Below are positions 1 to 15,996 of a DNA stretch of 64,000 bases, one piece after another. The notes beneath the pieces were generated by a model. The model saw only the letters and a list, made by a program, of their open reading frames with translations, searched no databases and was not told where the DNA came from. Each line of letters opens with the position of its first letter. Position 1 is the stretch's first letter. Made by a program: the position numbers and the translations under genes. This DNA comes from Gracilinanus agilis (lineage: Eukaryota): positions 59,665,716-59,729,715 of the forward strand of contig NC_058136.1 of NCBI RefSeq assembly GCF_016433145.1, read 5' to 3'.

Positions 1-3000
1 AAAGGAAGGAAACACACAGACAGATGGGGACACACTGACAAAGGGACACACAGAAATATGTGGGACACACAGACAGATGTGGGACACACAGACAGAAAGG
101 GAGGGGACACACAGATAGAAAGAAGGGGACATACAGACAGATGTGGGACACACAGACAGATGTGGGACACACAGACAGAAAGGAAGAAGACATACAGACA
201 GATGTGGGAAACACAGACAGAAAGAAAAGGCACACACAGACAGATGGGGACACACTAACAAAGGGACACACAGAAATATGTGGGACACACAGAGAGATGT
301 GGGACACACAGACAGAAAGAAAAGGCACACACAGACAGATGGGGACACACTAACAAAGGGACACACAGACAGATGTGGGACACACAGACAGAAAGAAAAG
401 GGACACACAGACAGATGTGGGACACACAGACAGAATGAAAAAGCACACACAGACAGAAAGGAAGGAAACACACAGACAGATGGGGACACACTGACAAAGG
501 GACACACAGAAATATGTGGGACACACAGACAGAAAGAAAAGGGACACACAGACAGAAACAGAGGGAACACACAGACAGATGGGGACACACAGACATATGG
601 GGACACACAGATAGAAAGAAGGGGACATACAGACAGATGTGGGACACACAGACATAAAGAAAAGGGATACACAGACAGGAAGGAAGGAAACACACACAAA
701 TGGGGACACACTGACAATGGGACACACAGCCAGGAAAAAGGGACACACAGACAGATGTGGGATACACAGACAGAAAGAAAAGGCACACACAGAAAGGAAG
801 GAAACACCCAGACAGATGGGGACACACTGACAAAGGGACACACAGAAATATGTGGGACACACAGACAGATGTGGGACACACAGACAGATGTGGGACACAC
901 AGACAGAAAGAAAAGGGACACACAGACAGAAAGAAAAGGGACACACAGACAGATGGGGACACACAGATAGAAAGAAGGGGACATACAGACAGATGTGGGA
1001 CACACAGACAGAAAGGAAGAAGACATACAGACAGATGTGGGAAACACAGACAGAAAGGAAGAAGACATAGTCAGATGTGGAACACACAGACAGAAAGAAA
1101 AGGCACACACAGACAGAAAGGAAGGAAACCCACAGACAGATGGGGACACACTGACAAAGGGACACACAGAAATATGTTGGACACACAGAGAGATGTGGGA
1201 CGCACAGACAGAAAGGGAGGGAACACACAGACAGAAGGGGACACACAGACAGATGTGGGACACACAGACAGAAAGGAAGAAGACATAGACAGATGTGGGA
1301 AACACAGACAGAAAGGAAGAAGACATACAGTCAGATGTGGGACACACAGACAGAAAGGAAGGAAACACACAGACAGATGGGGACACACTGACAAAGGGAC
1401 ACACAGAAATATGTGGGACACACAGACAGATGGGGACACACTGACAAAGGGACACACAGAAATATGTGGGACACACAGACAGATGTGGGACACACAGAGA
1501 GATGTGGGACACACAGACAGAAAGGGAGGGAACACACAGACAGATGGGGACACACAGATAGAAAGAAGGGGACACACAGACAGAAAGGGAGGGAACACAC
1601 AGACAGATGGGGACACACAGATATATGGGGACACACAGACAGAAAAAAGGGACACACAGACAGATGTGGGATACACAGACAGAATGAAAAGGCACACACA
1701 GACCAAAAGGAAGGAAACACACAGACAGATGGGGACACACTGACAAAGGGACACAGAGAAATATGTGGGACACACAGACCGATGTGGGACACACAGATAG
1801 AAAGAAGGGGACATACAGACAGATGTGGGACACACAGACATAAAGTAAAGGGATACACAGACAGGAAGGAAGGAACCACATACACAAATGGGGACACACA
1901 GACAGAAAAAAGGGACACACAGACAGATGTGGGATATACAGACAGAATGAAAAGGCACACACAGACAGAAAGGAAGGAAACACACAGACAGATGGAGACA
2001 CACTGACAAAGGGACACACAGAAATATGTGGGACACACAGACAGATGTGGGACACAGAGACAGAAAGAAAAGGGACACACAGAGAGATGTGGGACACACA
2101 GACAGGAGACACATGGACATATGTGGGACACAGAGACAGAATGGAAGGAGACATACAGACATATGTGGGACACAGACATAAAGGAAAGGTACACACAGAC
2201 AGATGTGGGACACACAGACAGAAAGGAAGGGGACATACAGACAGATGTGGGACACACAGACAGAAAGGAAGGGGACATACAGACAGATGTGGGACACACA
2301 GACAGAAAGGAAGGGGACATACAGACAGATGTGGGACACACAGACAGAAAGGAAGGGGACATACAGACAGATGTGGGACACACAGACAGAAAGGAAGGGG
2401 ACATACAGACAGATGTGGGACACACAGACAGAAAGGAAGGGGACATACAGACAGATGTGGGACACACAGACAGAAAGAAAAGGGACATACAGACAGAAAG
2501 GGAGGAAACACACAGGCAGATGGGGACACACAGGCAGATGGGGACACACAGACAAAAAGGTAGGGGACATTCAGACAGATGTGGGACACACAGACAAAAA
2601 GGTAGGGGACATCCAGACAGATGTGGGACACACAGACAGTAACGAAGGAGACATAGAGACAGATGTGGGACACAGAAAGGAAGGAGATATACACACAGAT
2701 GTAGGACACACAGAGAAAGAAAAGGGACACACAGACAGATGGGGAGATCAGACAGATTTAGGACACACACAGAAAGGAAAGAAAGATACAAAGAGAGATG
2801 TGGACACATAGAAAAGGGACACACAGACAGATGTGGGACAAACAGGCAGATGGGGACACACAGACAAGACACAGACAGACAGATGTGGAATGCACAGACA
2901 GTAAAGTATGATACAGAGAGATGGGGACACAGAGACAAGGGAAACACAGACAGATGCGGGACAGACAGAGATAAAGGAAACGGACAGACAGATGTGGGAC

Positions 3001-6000
3001 ACACGGACAGGTGGGACACACAGAGAGAAAGGAGTGGGACACACAGACAGATGGGGGACACACAGCCAGAAAGAAAAGGGACACAAGACCGAAAGGAAAG
3101 GTAATTACTGGGAGTTGTGGTACACAGAGGCAGAAAAGGTACACACAGACAGAATGAAAGAGACATACAGAGTGAAGTGGGACACACAGACAGATGTGGG
3201 ACAAACAGGCAGAAAGAAAAGGGACACACAGACAGAAATGGAGGAAACACACAGACAGATGGGGACACACAGAAAAGGGACATACAGACAGATGGGGACA
3301 CACAAAAAAGGGACACACAGACAGATGTGGGACCCACAGACAGATGGGGACACACAGAAAAGGGACACACAGACAGATGTGAGACACAGACAGTAAAGAA
3401 GGAGACATACAGACAGATGTGGGACACACAGACAGAAATGAAGGAGACAGATGTGAGACACACAAACAGAAAGAAAAGGGACACACAGACAGAAATGGAG
3501 GAAACACACAGACAGATGGGGACACACATAGCAGAAAGGTATGTGACACACAGACAGATGGGGAGATCAGACAGATTTAGGACACACACAGAAAGGAAAG
3601 AAAGATGCAAAGAGATGCGGACACATAGAAAAGGGACACAAAGACAGATGTGGGACCCACAGACAGAAATGGAAGGAAGATACAGAGATGTGGGACACAC
3701 AGACAGAAAGAAAAGGGACACACAGACCGAAAGGAAAGGTAATTACAGAGAGTCATGGTACACAGAGGCAGAAAGAAAAGGTACACACAGACATAATGAA
3801 AGAGACATACAGAGTGAAGTGGGACACACAGATAGAAAGAAAAGGGACACACAGACAGAAAGGTAAGGGACATACAGACAGATGTGGGACACACGGACAG
3901 ATGGGGGCACACAGAAAAGGGACACACAGACAGATGTGTGACATACAGACAGAAAGGAAAGGGACATACAGACAGATGTGGGACACACAGACAGAAAGAA
4001 TAGGGACACACAGACAAGGGACACACGGACAGGTGAGGTCACATGGAATCAGGAAACACAGATGTGAGACCCAGAGACAGAAATTAAAGGAACATACAGA
4101 CACGTGGGCCACAGAGACAGAAAGAAAAGGGACACACAGACATATGGGGACACACAGACAAGAAACAGAGACAGATATGGGACACACAGACAGAAAGGAA
4201 GAGGACACACAAAGAGATGTTGTACGCACAGACAGAAACTTAAGGGAATTACAAAGAGTTGTGGTACACAAATACAGAAAGAAAAGGGACACACAGACAA
4301 AGGAAAGTGACATACATACAGAAATGGAACACACAGACAGAAAAAAGAGAGACACAGTGATAGATGTGGAACACACAGACAGAAAAGAAGGGACACACAG
4401 ACAGATGTGGGACACAGACTGAAAGGAAAGGGACACGCACACAAATGGGGACACACAGATAAGGGACACACAGACAGATGTGGGACACAGAGAGAAAAGG
4501 GATACACAGACAGATGTCAGACATACAGAGAGAAAGGAAAGGGACACATAGGCAGATGTCAGGTTCACATAGACAGATGAGGACACACAGACAAGGGACA
4601 CAAAGACAGATGTGGGACACACAGACAGATGTGGGACAGACAGAGATGAAGGAAAGGGACATACAGACAGATGTGGGACACGCGGACATATGGGGACAAA
4701 CAGAAAAGGGACAGACAGAGATGAAGGAAAGGGACACATGGACAGATGTGGGACACACAGACAGAAAAAAGGGACACACAGACAGATGGGGACACGCTGA
4801 CAAGGGACATACAGACAGATGTGGGATGCACATACTGACATGTGGGACACACAGACAGAAAGAAAAGGGACACACAGAGAAGGGACACACAGACAGATAG
4901 GAAGGGGACACACAGAAGGAAAGAAAAGGGACCAACAGACAGATAGGAAAGGGACACACAGACAGATGGAGTACACACAGCCAGAAAGAAAAAGGGACAT
5001 ACAGATGTGGAACATAGACAGAAAGGAAAGGGACATACAAACAGATGTAGGGCACACATATCGGGACACACAGAAAGGGGACACACAGTCAGAAAGGAAA
5101 GGGAAACACAGATGTGTGATACACAGACAAAAAGAGAAGGGACACACAGGCAGAAAGGAAAGAAAAACACAGACAGATGAGGCCACAGACAGATGTGGGA
5201 CACACAGACAGATGTGGGATACACAGACAGAAAGAAAAGGCACACACAGACAGATGGCGACACACAGACAGATGTGGGACACACGGAGAGAAAATTGATA
5301 TATGAAAAGACAAAGGACACATAGACACATGGGTGCACATAGAGAGATGAAGACAGAGACGGCGGATACACAGAAAGAAACAGAAGGACAGATAGGGGAC
5401 ACACACAGACAGAAGGCAACAACGAGATGAGGGACACAGACAGGAGAATCACCGGCAGATTGGGGACACACGGACTGACAGACAAGGGACACAAGACCAA
5501 TGGGGACACAAAGACAAATTGGTGAAAACAACCAAGGGACACACAGACTAATGGGGACACAGAGACAATGAACATTTACACAGACAGGGACACAAAGGGA
5601 GACGGGGAGAAAGACAAGAGACGCAGAGACAGATGTGGGATACACAGATGGAAAAGGGACACAGGGACAGATAGACACACAGAGACAAGGGACACACATA
5701 GAGATGTGGGGCACACAGACAGGAAAGGGACACACAGAGATATGAGGAAACACAGACAAGGGACACAAAGATAGATGAAGACACACAGATGGATGTGGGA
5801 CACAGAAATGAAAGGAATACAGATAGATGGGCACACACAGACAGAAAGTAAAGTGACACACAGACATATGGGGACACACGGAGAGAAAATGACACATGGA
5901 CAGACAAAGGACACAGATAAATGGGCATACAAAGAGAGATGGAGACAGAGAGATGGGGGATACATAGAAAGAGACAGAAGGACACACAGGGGACACACAG

Positions 6001-9000
6001 ACAGAAGAGTACACAGAGATGGGGAGAAACAGACTGACAAGGAACACAGAGAAAGATCTCAACCTGCTGACAGATGGGGGACACATAGACAAAGGACACC
6101 TAGACAGGGACACACAGACAGAGGGGAAAGTGACACATGGACTGACAAGGGACACAAAGACAGAGATACACAGACAAGGGACAGACAGGTGTGTGACACA
6201 GAAACAGAAAAGAAAGTGACACATTGACAGACATACAGGGTACACATGGACAGATGGGGACACACAGACAGAAATAAAAAGGACACAGACAGAAAGAAAG
6301 GGGACACAGAGAGAGACAGAGGGAACAGATGGACAGACAGACAGGACACATAGAGAGATGGGGACACACAGACAGAGAGACACGTGACAGACACAGAAAG
6401 AAAAGGGACACACAGACAGATGGGGACACACAGACATGGTACACACAGATGTGGGACATACGGAGAGAAAAGTGACACATGGACAGACAAAGGACACATG
6501 GACAGATGGGCAGACACAGAGAGGTGGAGACGGACAGAGATGGGGGATACACAGAGACAGAAGGACACACAGGGGACACACAGACAGAAGAGTACAAAGA
6601 GATGGGGGAGAGACAGACTGACAGGGGACACACAGAAAGATGGCGACCCGCTGACAGATGGGGGACACATAGACGGGGACACACAGAGGGGAAAGTGACA
6701 CACAGAGACAGGGGACACACAGACAAGGGACAAACAGATATGGGACACAGAAACAGAAAGAAAAGGGACACACTGACAGACCGACAGACAGGGGGATACA
6801 TAGACAGATGAGGACACATAGAAATAAAAGGAACACAAGGACAGAGAGATATGGGACACACAGAAGGAAAATGGACACACGGACAGGCAGACAGGGGACA
6901 CAAAGACAGATGTGAATACACAAAGGACACACAAACAGAAAGGAAAGTGACACACAGACATATGGGGACAAACAAGGGATACACAGAGATGTGGCACACA
7001 TGGTGAGAAGAGTGACACATGGACAGACAAAGCACACACAGATGTGGGACAAACAAAGAAAAGGGAAACACAGACAGATGGGGACACACAAGGGACACAC
7101 AGACAGAAAGGAAAGGGACACACAGACAGATGAGGACACACAAACAAGGGACACAGAGAGATGTGGGACACATGGAGGAAAATTGACACATGGACAGACA
7201 AAGGACACATACACAGATGGTTGCACACGGAGAGATGGAGACAGAAAGAGATGGGAGATACACAGATAGAAAGAGACAGAAGGACAGAAAGGGTATAGAC
7301 AGATAAACAGAAGGTGACAAAGACATGAGGGACACAGAGACAGGAGAAATACAGGCAGATGGGGGACACACAGATTGGCAGACGAGGGACACATAGAACG
7401 ATGGGGACACAGACAGATTGGGGACACACAAACAAGGGACATATAGACAGATGTGGGACACAGACACGAAAAAAGAGACACAAAGACAGTCGGGACACAG
7501 AGAAGGAACACAAAGATAGACGACGGATACACTGATGGAAATGGGACACACAGACAGACAGACGGGATCAAAAGATAGACGAGGACACACAGACATGGGA
7601 CACACAGACGGATATAGGACAGAGAAAGGAAAGGGATACACATATGGGAACACACAGAGAAGGAACACACAGACAAAGAGATGTGGGACACACGGAGAGA
7701 AGAGTGACACGTGGACAGACAAAGGGCACACAGACAGAAAGGAAAGGGGCACACAGAAAAGGGACACACAGACAGATGTGTGGACACAGGGAAGGAAAAA
7801 TGACACATGGAAAGCAAAGGACACATAGATGGGCAGACACAGAGAGGTGGAGACAGAGATGGGGGACACACAGATAGAGACAGAAGGACAGATGGGGACA
7901 CACAGACAGACAGGGACAAAGAGACAGTGGATACAAAGACAGGAGACACACAGATAGACTGACCAATAGGGGACACACAGATAGATGGCGACCCACTGAC
8001 AGATGGGATAAACATAGACAAGGGATGAACAGCAGACAGGGACACACAGAGGGGAAAGTGACACATGGACATACAGGGGACACAAAGACAGACAGGGACA
8101 TACCAACAGGCGACAGACAGATGAGGGACACAGAAATGGAAAGGGACACATTGACAGTCAGAGAGGGGACGCATAGAGAGATGGGGACACACAGACGGAA
8201 ATAAAAGGGACACAAGGACAGAGAGATATGGTACACATAGACAGAGAGATGTGGGGCACAGAGACAGAAAGAAAAGGGACACAAAGAATGATAGGGACAC
8301 ACAGAGAGAACAGGGAAGGAAAATAGACACATGGACAGCAAAGGACACATAGACAGATGGGTGGACACAGAGAGGTGGAGATGGACAGAGATAGGGAATA
8401 CACAGATAGAGACAGAAGGACAAACGGGGGACACACAGACAGACAGAAGAGGACAAAGAGACAGGGGACAGCCAGCCAGCCAGCCAGGCTGACAGGAGAA
8501 ACACAGATGGAGATCCGCTGACAGATGGGGGACAAAGACAACGGACGCATAGAAAAACAGGAACACACAGACAGAGAGAAAAGTGACACACGGACAGAGG
8601 GGACACACAGACAAGGGACAAACATGTGGGACACAGAAACAGAAAGAAAGGGACACTCAGACAGATGGAAACACAAAGATAGATGAGGACACAGACAAGC
8701 GATACACAGAAGAATGTGGGACACAGAAATGAAAGGGACACAGACAGATGGGGACACAGACAAGGGACACACAGACAGAGATATGTGGGACACATGGAGA
8801 GAAAAGTGACACATGGACAGACAAAATACACATAGACACACAAAGAGAGTTGGAGACAGAGAGGTGGGGGATACATAGAAAGAGACAGAAGGACAGTCAG
8901 CAGACACACAGACAGGCAGAAGGCTACAAAGACATGAGGAACAAGGAGACAGGAGACAGACAGACAGATGGGGAACACACAGAAAGACCAACAGGGGACA

Positions 9001-12000
9001 CACAGACACATGGCAACCCACTGACCAATGGGGGACACAAAGACAAGGGATGCATAGACAGACAGGGACACACAGACAGAGGGGAAAGTGACACACACAG
9101 ACAGACAAGGGGCACAAAGACAGACAGGGATGCACAGATGTGGGACACAGAAACAGAAAGATAAGGGACACACTGACAGAAGGTAAAGGGACACACAAAG
9201 AGACAGAGAGGACAGATAGATGGGATACATAGACAGGGACACACAGAGAGATGTGGGACACACAGACAAAAAGAAAGGGGACACAATACAGATGGGGACA
9301 CAGATACAAGGGACACATAGACATATGGGTAGACAAAGACCGAGAGATGTGGGAAACACGGAGAGAAAAATGATACATGGACAAAGGACACATAGACAGA
9401 TGGGCGCACACAGAGAGGTGGTGACAGACAGAGATGGGGATATACAGATAGGAAGAGACAGAAGGACAGACAGGGGACACACAGGCCAATACGGGATATA
9501 CACAGCCACATGGCAACCCACTGACAGATGGGGGACACATAGACAAGGGACACACAGACAAGGACACACAGAGGGGAAAGTGACACACAGACAGGGGACA
9601 CAAAGACAGATGGGGACACACAGACAAGGGACAGTCAGATGTGGGCCACACGAACAGAAAGGAAAGGGACACATTGACAGACAAACAGTGGACACATAGA
9701 CAGATGGCAATACACAGACAGAAATAAAAGGGATACACGGGCAGAGAGATACGGGACAAACAGACCAAAGGAAAAGGGACACACAGAGGGGACAGACAGA
9801 CATATGGAACACATAGATAGATGGAGACACACAGGCAGAGAGATGTGGGACACAGAGAAAGAAAGAAAAGGGACACACAGACAGATAGATGGAACACATA
9901 GACGGAGACACAGACAGAGATGTGGGACACAGAGACAGAAAAAAGGGACACAGAGACAGATGTGGGACACAGAAAAGGGACACACAGAGAGATGTGGAGA
10001 CACGGAAGGAAAAATGACACATGGAAATCAAAGGACACATAGATGGGCAGACACGGAGGTGGAGACAGAGATGGGGGAATACACAGATAGAGAGAAGGAG
10101 AGACAGGGGACACACAGAAGAGGACAAAGAGACGGGGAACAGACAGACTGATGGGACATATAGTGAGACGGTGATAGATAGGGGATGCACAGACAAGGAA
10201 TGCATAGACAGGCAGAGACACTAGACAGAGGGGAAAGTGAAACGTGGACAGACAGGGCACACAAAGACAGAAGGGGACACATAGACAAGGGACAGATAGA
10301 TGTGGGACACAGAAACAGAAACGTGACACATTGACAGACATAGAGGGGACACATAGGCAAGTGGGGACAGATAGAAATTAAAGGGGCACACGGACAGAGA
10401 GATATGGGGCACACAGACAGAAGGAAAAAGGACACACGGATAGACAGACAGGGGACACAAAGACAGATGGGAATACACAGACAAGGGACACACAGAAAGG
10501 AAAGGGACACACAGAAAAGGGACACAGAGACAGAGAAATGTGGGATGCATGGAGAGAAGAGTGGCACATGGACAGAAAAATGACACACAGACAGATGTGG
10601 GACACAGAGAGAAATGATGTGGATACACAGACGTGAGACACAAAGAAGGGAAAGGGACACACAGAGAGATGTTGGACATGCAGAGAGAAGAGTGACACAT
10701 GGACAGAAAAATGACACACAGACAGATGTGGGACACAGACAGATGTGGATACACAGACGTGAGACACAAAGACAGAAGGGAAAGGGACACACAGAAAGTA
10801 AAGGAACACACAGACAGATGGGGACACATAGGCAGAGAGATGTGGGACACATGGAGATAAAAGTGACACATGGACAGACAAAGGACACATAGACAGATGG
10901 CCGCACACAGAGAGGTGGAGACAGACTGAGATGAGGGATACACCGAAAGAGACAGAAGGACAGAAAGGGGAGAGACAGAAAGAAGGGGACAGACAGGAGA
11001 AACACAGGCAGATGTGGGACACATAGACTGATGGGCACATACAGACAGATTGGGGACACACAAACAAGGGACACAGACAGAAAAAAGGGACACACAGACC
11101 AATGAAGACACAGAGACAATGAACACTTACACAGACAGGGACACAAAGATAGATAAGGACACACAGAGGGATGTGAGACACAGGAAGGAAAGGGGCACAA
11201 AGACAGATGGGGACACACAGAGAAGGGAAACACAGAGATGTGGGACACAAAGAGAGAAAACTGACACATGGACAAAGGACGCATAGACAGATGAGCGCAC
11301 ACAGAGAGATGGAGACAGACTGAGATGGGAGATACACAAATAAAAAAGAGAGAAGGACAGACAGAAAGAGACACAGAAACAGGAAGAAAAGGGACACATT
11401 GACAGACAGGGGACACATAGACAGATGGGATCACACAGACAGAAATAAAAGGGTCACAGAGTGATATGGGACACCCAGAAGGAATAGGGATACATAGACA
11501 GAGGGGACAGACAGAAAGATGGGACACATAGATGAGGACACACAGAGTTGGGACACAGAGATGGAAAGAAAAGAGAAACACAGATTGGGGAAACAAAGAA
11601 AAGGGACACAGATGGGGACACACAGACAAGAGACGCATAGACAGACAGGGACACAGATGGTGAGACAGACAAGGGACCCAAAGACAGATATGGGACACAC
11701 AGATGGATAAGAGACACATGGACAGACAGACTGGAGACACTAAGAAGGGGCACACAGACGTGGGACACATAGAAAGGAAGGGGACACAGACACATGGGGA
11801 CACAAATACAAGGGACACACAGAGACATGTGGCACACATGGTGAGAAAAGTGACTCATGGACAAAGGACACATAGACAGATGGGCGCACACAGAGAGTTG
11901 TTGACTGACAGAGATGGGGATACACATATAGAAAGAGAGAGAAGGACAGACAGGGGACACAGACAGAAGGGAACAATGAGATGGTCACAAAGACAGACAG

Positions 12001-15000
12001 ATGGGGACACACAGACAGATGGAAATCCACTGACAGATGGGGGACACATAGACAAGGGATATATAGACAGACAGGGATGCACAGACATAGAGGAAAGTGA
12101 CATGGAAACAGACAGGGGACACAAAGACAGATGGGTACACACAGACTGAAATAAAAGGAACACATGGACAGAGAGATATGGGAAACACAGACAGAAGGAA
12201 AAGGGACACACAGACATAGGGGACAAATGGACAGAGAGGACACATAGACGGGGATACACAGAGAGATGTGGGACACAGACAGAAAGAAAAAGGAAACAGA
12301 GATGTGGGGCACACGGAGAAAAAAGTTACACATGGACAAAGGCTCATGGGTGTACACAGAGAGGTGGAGACAAAGAGATGGGCGATACACAGAAAGAGAC
12401 AGAACAGACGGGATACACAGACAGAAGGTGACAAAGTCATGAGAGACACAGAGACAGCAGAAACATCAGTAGATGGGGACACATTGATAGACAAATAACA
12501 GAGACAAACGGGGACACAGACTAGGGGTACACAAACAAGGGACACATAGATGTGGGACACACAGACAGAAAAAAGGGACAGACAGATGGAAGGAGACAAA
12601 AAGACGGGGGACACAGAGACAGGAGACACAGATAGATGGGAGACATACAGACAGCAGACTGACAGGGGACACGCAAACAGATGGTGGACACAGACAAGGG
12701 ATGCATAGACGGAAACACAGAGGGAAAAGTGACACATGGACAGACAGAGGACACATAGACAGAGCTGTGAGACAGACACACAGACAAATAAAAGGGACAA
12801 ACAGACTGGGGACACCCACAATGAACACATACAAAGACAGGGACACAAAGGCAGACGGTGACAGACAAGGGACATAAAGACAGATGTGGGACACAGAAAG
12901 AAAAGGGACACACAGACAGATGGGGGCACACAGACAAAGGACACATAGAAAGAAAAGGGAGACAGGTTGGGACAGACAAAGGACACATAGATTGGCGCAC
13001 ACTGAGAGGTGGAGACAGAAGTGTGAGAAACAAGGATAGAAAGAGACAGGACAGATAGTGAACACACAGACAGGGACAACGAGACGGGGGACACACAGAA
13101 AAAGAGGGAACACCTAGACAGATGGAGACCCACAGACAGATGGGGGACACACAGACAAGGGAAACACAGATGACAGGGACACACAGACAGGGGATACAAA
13201 AACAGACAGGGACACACAGACAAGAGATACACAGACAGAAATAAAAGGGACACATGGACAGAGATATATAGGACACAGAGAGAAGGAAAAGGGACACACA
13301 CATAGACAGAGGGGTCAGACAGACGGGACACATAGACGGAGATAGAGAGATGTGGGACACAGACAGAAGGAAAAGAGAAACAGATTGGGGACACAGACGG
13401 AAAGGAAAGGGACACACGTACAGACAGAGGGGTCAGACTGACAGATGGGAACACAGACAGATGGGGACACACAGACAGGAAAGGGACACACAGATGGGGA
13501 CACAGAGACAAGGGACACAAGACAGATGTGGGACAGAGAGACAAAAAAGAAAGGGACACACAGATAAGGGACACAGAGAGATGCGGGACACAAGGAAGGA
13601 AAAGTGACACATTGACAATGGACTCAGACAGATGGGCTCACAGAGAAATGGAGACAGAGATGGGAGATACACAGATAAAAAGAGACAGAAGGACAGATAG
13701 GGGACACACAGACAGAAGGGGGCAAAGAGATGGGGGACACAAAGACAGACAAGGACACACAGACAAGGGACAGACAGATGTGGGACACAGAAACAGAAAG
13801 AAAAGAGACACATTGACAGACAAGGGACAGATAGATGGGGACACACAGACAAGGGACAGATAGATGGGGACACACAGACAAGGGATGCATAGACAGACAG
13901 GGATACACAGACATACAGGGGACACAAAGGCATACTGGGACACAGACAAGGGACAGAGTTGTGGGACACAGAAACAGAAAGAAAAGGGACACACAGACAG
14001 ATGACACACAATGAACACATACATAAACAGTGACACGAAGACAGACGGGGAGACAGACAGGGAACACAAAGACAGATGGGGACTCACAGAGAAGGGACAC
14101 AGAGACAGAAAGGAAAGAGACAAAAAGATGGGGACACACGGACAGAAATAAAAGGGACACAGAGAGATGTGGGACACATGGAGAGAAAAGTGATACATGG
14201 ACGAAGGACACATAGACAGATGGGCGCACACAGAGAGGTGGAGACAGAGATGGGGGATGCACAGATAGAGACAGGAGGACAGAAAGGGGACACACAGGAG
14301 ACAGACGGGGGACACAGACGGAAACACAAAGACAGATGTGGGACACATGGACAGAGAGACAGGAGACACATAGATGGGGATACACAAAGAGAAAAGTGAC
14401 GCATGCACAGACGGGGACATATAGACTGATGGGGACACAGAAGTGACACACGGACAGATGGGATACATAAACATGGAACAGAGAGATGTGGGACACACAG
14501 AACACATAGAGGAGGATACACAGACAGAAGGGGACACACAGATGGAAAGAGACAGGACAGACATGGGGACAGACAGGACATGTAGACAGATGGGGGACGT
14601 CCGGATGGAGACAGGACAGGGGACAGAGATGGGGACACATACAGAAAAGAGACACACAGCTGGAAAGAGTCAGAGACAGAGAAAAATGACAAACGGACAG
14701 ACGAGGACACACCGAGAGATGTGGAACACACGGACAGAGGACACATTGGCAGAGGGGGATACACAGACAGATGTGGCACGTGGATAGATAGGGGACACAT
14801 GAGAGGGAAACAGGACAGAGACGGGACACATGGATGGGCCGGAGGCAGGATGACAGACAAGGGACATAGACAGGACAGCCAGGCAGCACACAGAAACATG
14901 AGAGACATTCGGACATTGGACTCCAGGGCAGACGAGGATCGGAGGGATAGACAAAGGGCACAGAGACAGATGGGGACATATGGAGAGGCAACGGAAAGAC
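1..15000. repeat. Large complex tandem array (GACA/ACAC/GGGACAC-rich, T-poor on +), extends beyond window start
   Basis: Recurrent words acagacagatgtgggacacac and gaaaggaagggg throughout. A near-perfect 42-bp unit runs at ~2195-2490 (ORF track shows RQMWDTQTERKGTY about 7 times). A ~600-bp super-unit starts at ~5300. Confidence 0.97.
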
Positions 15001-15264
15001 TAGGGGACACACTGACAAGGGGCAGCCAGATCTGAGCCTGGGGATACATGGGAAGTAGACAAGGTTCCCACAGACGGGAGCCACAAGACCAGGGGCACAC
15101 AGAGACGGAAAAGGGGCCGGCTCAAGGGTTGGTATGCCCGAGGGCATCTCATGGAACAGGCCCTGCCAGTGGCAGTGGGTCTCTTCTTCAGCGTCACTCC
15201 GTGGATCCTTGAACGTCCCCAAGCTGTATCCTTTCCTGCCCTGCTCCCCTCCCGAGAGGGCTAG

Positions 15265-15764
15265 NNNNNNNNNNNNNNNNNNNNNNNNNNNNNNNNNNNN
15301 NNNNNNNNNNNNNNNNNNNNNNNNNNNNNNNNNNNNNNNNNNNNNNNNNNNNNNNNNNNNNNNNNNNNNNNNNNNNNNNNNNNNNNNNNNNNNNNNNNNN
15401 NNNNNNNNNNNNNNNNNNNNNNNNNNNNNNNNNNNNNNNNNNNNNNNNNNNNNNNNNNNNNNNNNNNNNNNNNNNNNNNNNNNNNNNNNNNNNNNNNNNN
15501 NNNNNNNNNNNNNNNNNNNNNNNNNNNNNNNNNNNNNNNNNNNNNNNNNNNNNNNNNNNNNNNNNNNNNNNNNNNNNNNNNNNNNNNNNNNNNNNNNNNN
15601 NNNNNNNNNNNNNNNNNNNNNNNNNNNNNNNNNNNNNNNNNNNNNNNNNNNNNNNNNNNNNNNNNNNNNNNNNNNNNNNNNNNNNNNNNNNNNNNNNNNN
15701 NNNNNNNNNNNNNNNNNNNNNNNNNNNNNNNNNNNNNNNNNNNNNNNNNNNNNNNNNNNNNNNN
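15265..15764. other. Assembly gap (500 N)
   Basis: Run of N. Confidence 1.
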
Positions 15765-15996
15765 AATTCCAGGGGGTACGCTCACCAAAAGGGATCCCCC
15801 AAACTCGGCGCAGACCTACTGGCCATTAGACAGCAACACCGGTGGCAGGTACCCCGGGCCGGCTGGCGCAGCGGTCCTGGTTCTCATCTCAGTGCTCACT
15901 GACACCAAGAGTTCAAGGTGCGGGGCTCCCCAAGGCAGCTGGCCGTTACCTTCCCTCTCGGGATCACGCAGAGTCCCGGTAACCCATCTGCCTTAC

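Noticed and set aside
3753-10205. 2150-aa Cys/Val/Pro/Leu/Ser-rich ORF and the other long ORFs on both strands of the array
   Set aside because: The repeat words almost lack TCA/TTA/CTA and TAA/TAG/TGA, so all six frames stay open for hundreds of codons. No frame is favoured, there is no domain, and units are not consistently multiples of 3.
1-15000. Identification of the array as Rsx
   Set aside because: Rsx lies near PHF6/HPRT1, whereas the neighbours here are CCNB3 and DGKK.
1-15000. CRISPR-like repeat-spacer array
   Set aside because: This is vertebrate DNA; the inter-repeat sequence is itself built from the same words, and there are no cas genes.
15040-15264. Coding exon (LGTFKDPRSDAEEETHCHWQGLFHEMPSG) on -
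   Set aside because: No recognisable homology, no polypyrimidine acceptor upstream, no donor, and it is truncated by the gap.
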